Assembly (NCBI GenBank): GCA_964202905.1
Contig: CAXNJO010000010.1
Coordinates: forward strand, 1 to 64,000
DNA: 64,000 nucleotides
Source: Polyangiales bacterium
GTDB taxonomy: Bacteria; Myxococcota_A; Polyangia; Polyangiales; JADJQN01
Reading direction: 5' to 3'
Within the stretch, counting starts at the first letter, position 1, and the number at the start of each line of letters is the position of its first letter. Shown piece by piece: positions 63,232 to 64,000 of this stretch. The position numbers and the translations under genes were made by a program. The notes beneath the pieces were generated by a model, which saw only the letters and a program-made list of their open reading frames with translations, made no database searches and had not been told where the DNA came from.

Positions 63232-64000
63232 TCAGCGGCGGCGAAGACCGAGCAGCGTGAGCGGCTCGTCGGAGCGCGCGAAGGAGAGCGTCGCGCCCAT
63301 CTCGACGTTGACCGCGGCGTGCGGCCCGTCGAGGAAGAGCCGCGCCGCGCGCATCTTGCTCACGACGCGCAACGTGTCGTCGGGCGCGACCAGGCCGCGC
63401 ATGTGGCGGTAGCGGCGGCCATCCGCGAGGTAGGGCTCGCGCACGACGAACTGCAGACGCTGCGAGCCCACGGGGAGCACGCGCCCGCCCGCCGAGCGCT
63501 GCGCGGCCGTCGAGCCCGCCGCGGGGCCGACCCACAGGCCGCTCGAGCGCTGCTCCTCCTCGACGCCCGCGAAGCGAAGCAGGTAGCGCGAGGTCGCGGC
63601 CGGACACTCGTGGCAGAAGAGCGCGTCGTTGAGCACGCGGTTCGAGACCTCGGCGCCGTCGAGCTCGACGCGCATCCGCGTGAGGCGCGTCGCGCGGACG
63701 CGACCCGCGAGCGCGTCCGCGAGCACGTCGCCGAGCACGTCGCGCGTGCCGGCGCAGAAGAAGCCGACGCTGTCGCGCGGGGCGGTGTTCACGGCGATCA
63801 CGGGCACGTCGGGGCCGACCGCGTGCGACGCCCAGAGCAGCGTGCCGTCACCGCCGAGCGTCACGACGAGATCGAAGCCCTCCGCCGCGCCCACCTCCGC
63901 GCGGTAGCGGAAGACGGCGCGGGCGCCGAGCGCGCGGAGCAGCGCGCGCGCCGCCACGACCGTGCCGACGTGATCCTCGTGCGCGGCGCGGAGCCGCGCG
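63232..64000 (-). CDS. NAD(+)/NADH kinase (5' end outside the window)
   Basis: LGGDGTLL, VLND, SSGLWVGPAAGSTAAQRSAGG. Confidence 0.88.
   Translation of the reverse strand, partial: ARLRAAHEDHVGTVVAARALLRALGARAVFRYRAEVGAAEGFDLVVTLGGDGTLLWASHAVGPDVPVIAVNTAPRDSVGFFCAGTRDVLGDVLADALAGRVRATRLTRMRVELDGAEVSNRVLNDALFCHECPAATSRYLLRFAGVEEEQRSSGLWVGPAAGSTAAQRSAGGRVLPVGSQRLQFVVREPYLADGRRYRHMRGLVAPDDTLRVVSKMRAARLFLDGPHAAVNVEMGATLSFARSDEPLTLLGLRRR

Overview
High-GC genomic window from a myxobacterium (Myxococcota, probably Polyangiales-like). This is inferred from the RpoB/RpoC N-termini, a GltJ/AgmX-type gene and a Myxococcus-type LexA box. It has four parts. (1) 1-3.9 kb: an accessory toxin-antitoxin patch containing an intact AbiEi/AbiEii pair with an inverted-repeat operator, a decapitated second AbiEii of another subfamily, an MNT gene with a broken HEPN partner, and an unexplained non-coding, lower-GC array of ~8 palindromic units with strictly alternating 41/42-bp spacing. 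(2) alaS, recN and, from 11.4 to 21.8 kb, a co-oriented module: sigma54 promoter -> RpoH-like sigma factor -> CBS protein -> globin-PAS histidine kinase -> NtrC-type activator -> Bacteroidetes-like ilvD-ilvB-ilvN-ilvC -> stand-alone receiver. This suggests O2-sensing control of branched-chain amino-acid synthesis and is the best candidate for an undescribed system. (3) The core cluster tRNA(Thr/Tyr/Gly/Thr)-tuf-rpmG-tRNA(Trp)-secE-nusG-rplKAJL-rpoBC, with an EF-Tu carrying a non-canonical switch I. (4) Housekeeping and envelope genes (plsY, TetR-etfBA, pepA, comEA, murA-hisG, lnt, NAD kinase and others). Frameshifts in essential genes (rpoB, rpoC, lnt) indicate indel errors in the assembly, so other frameshift or pseudogene calls need read-level checking. 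All family assignments are by motif recognition only; no database searches were run.
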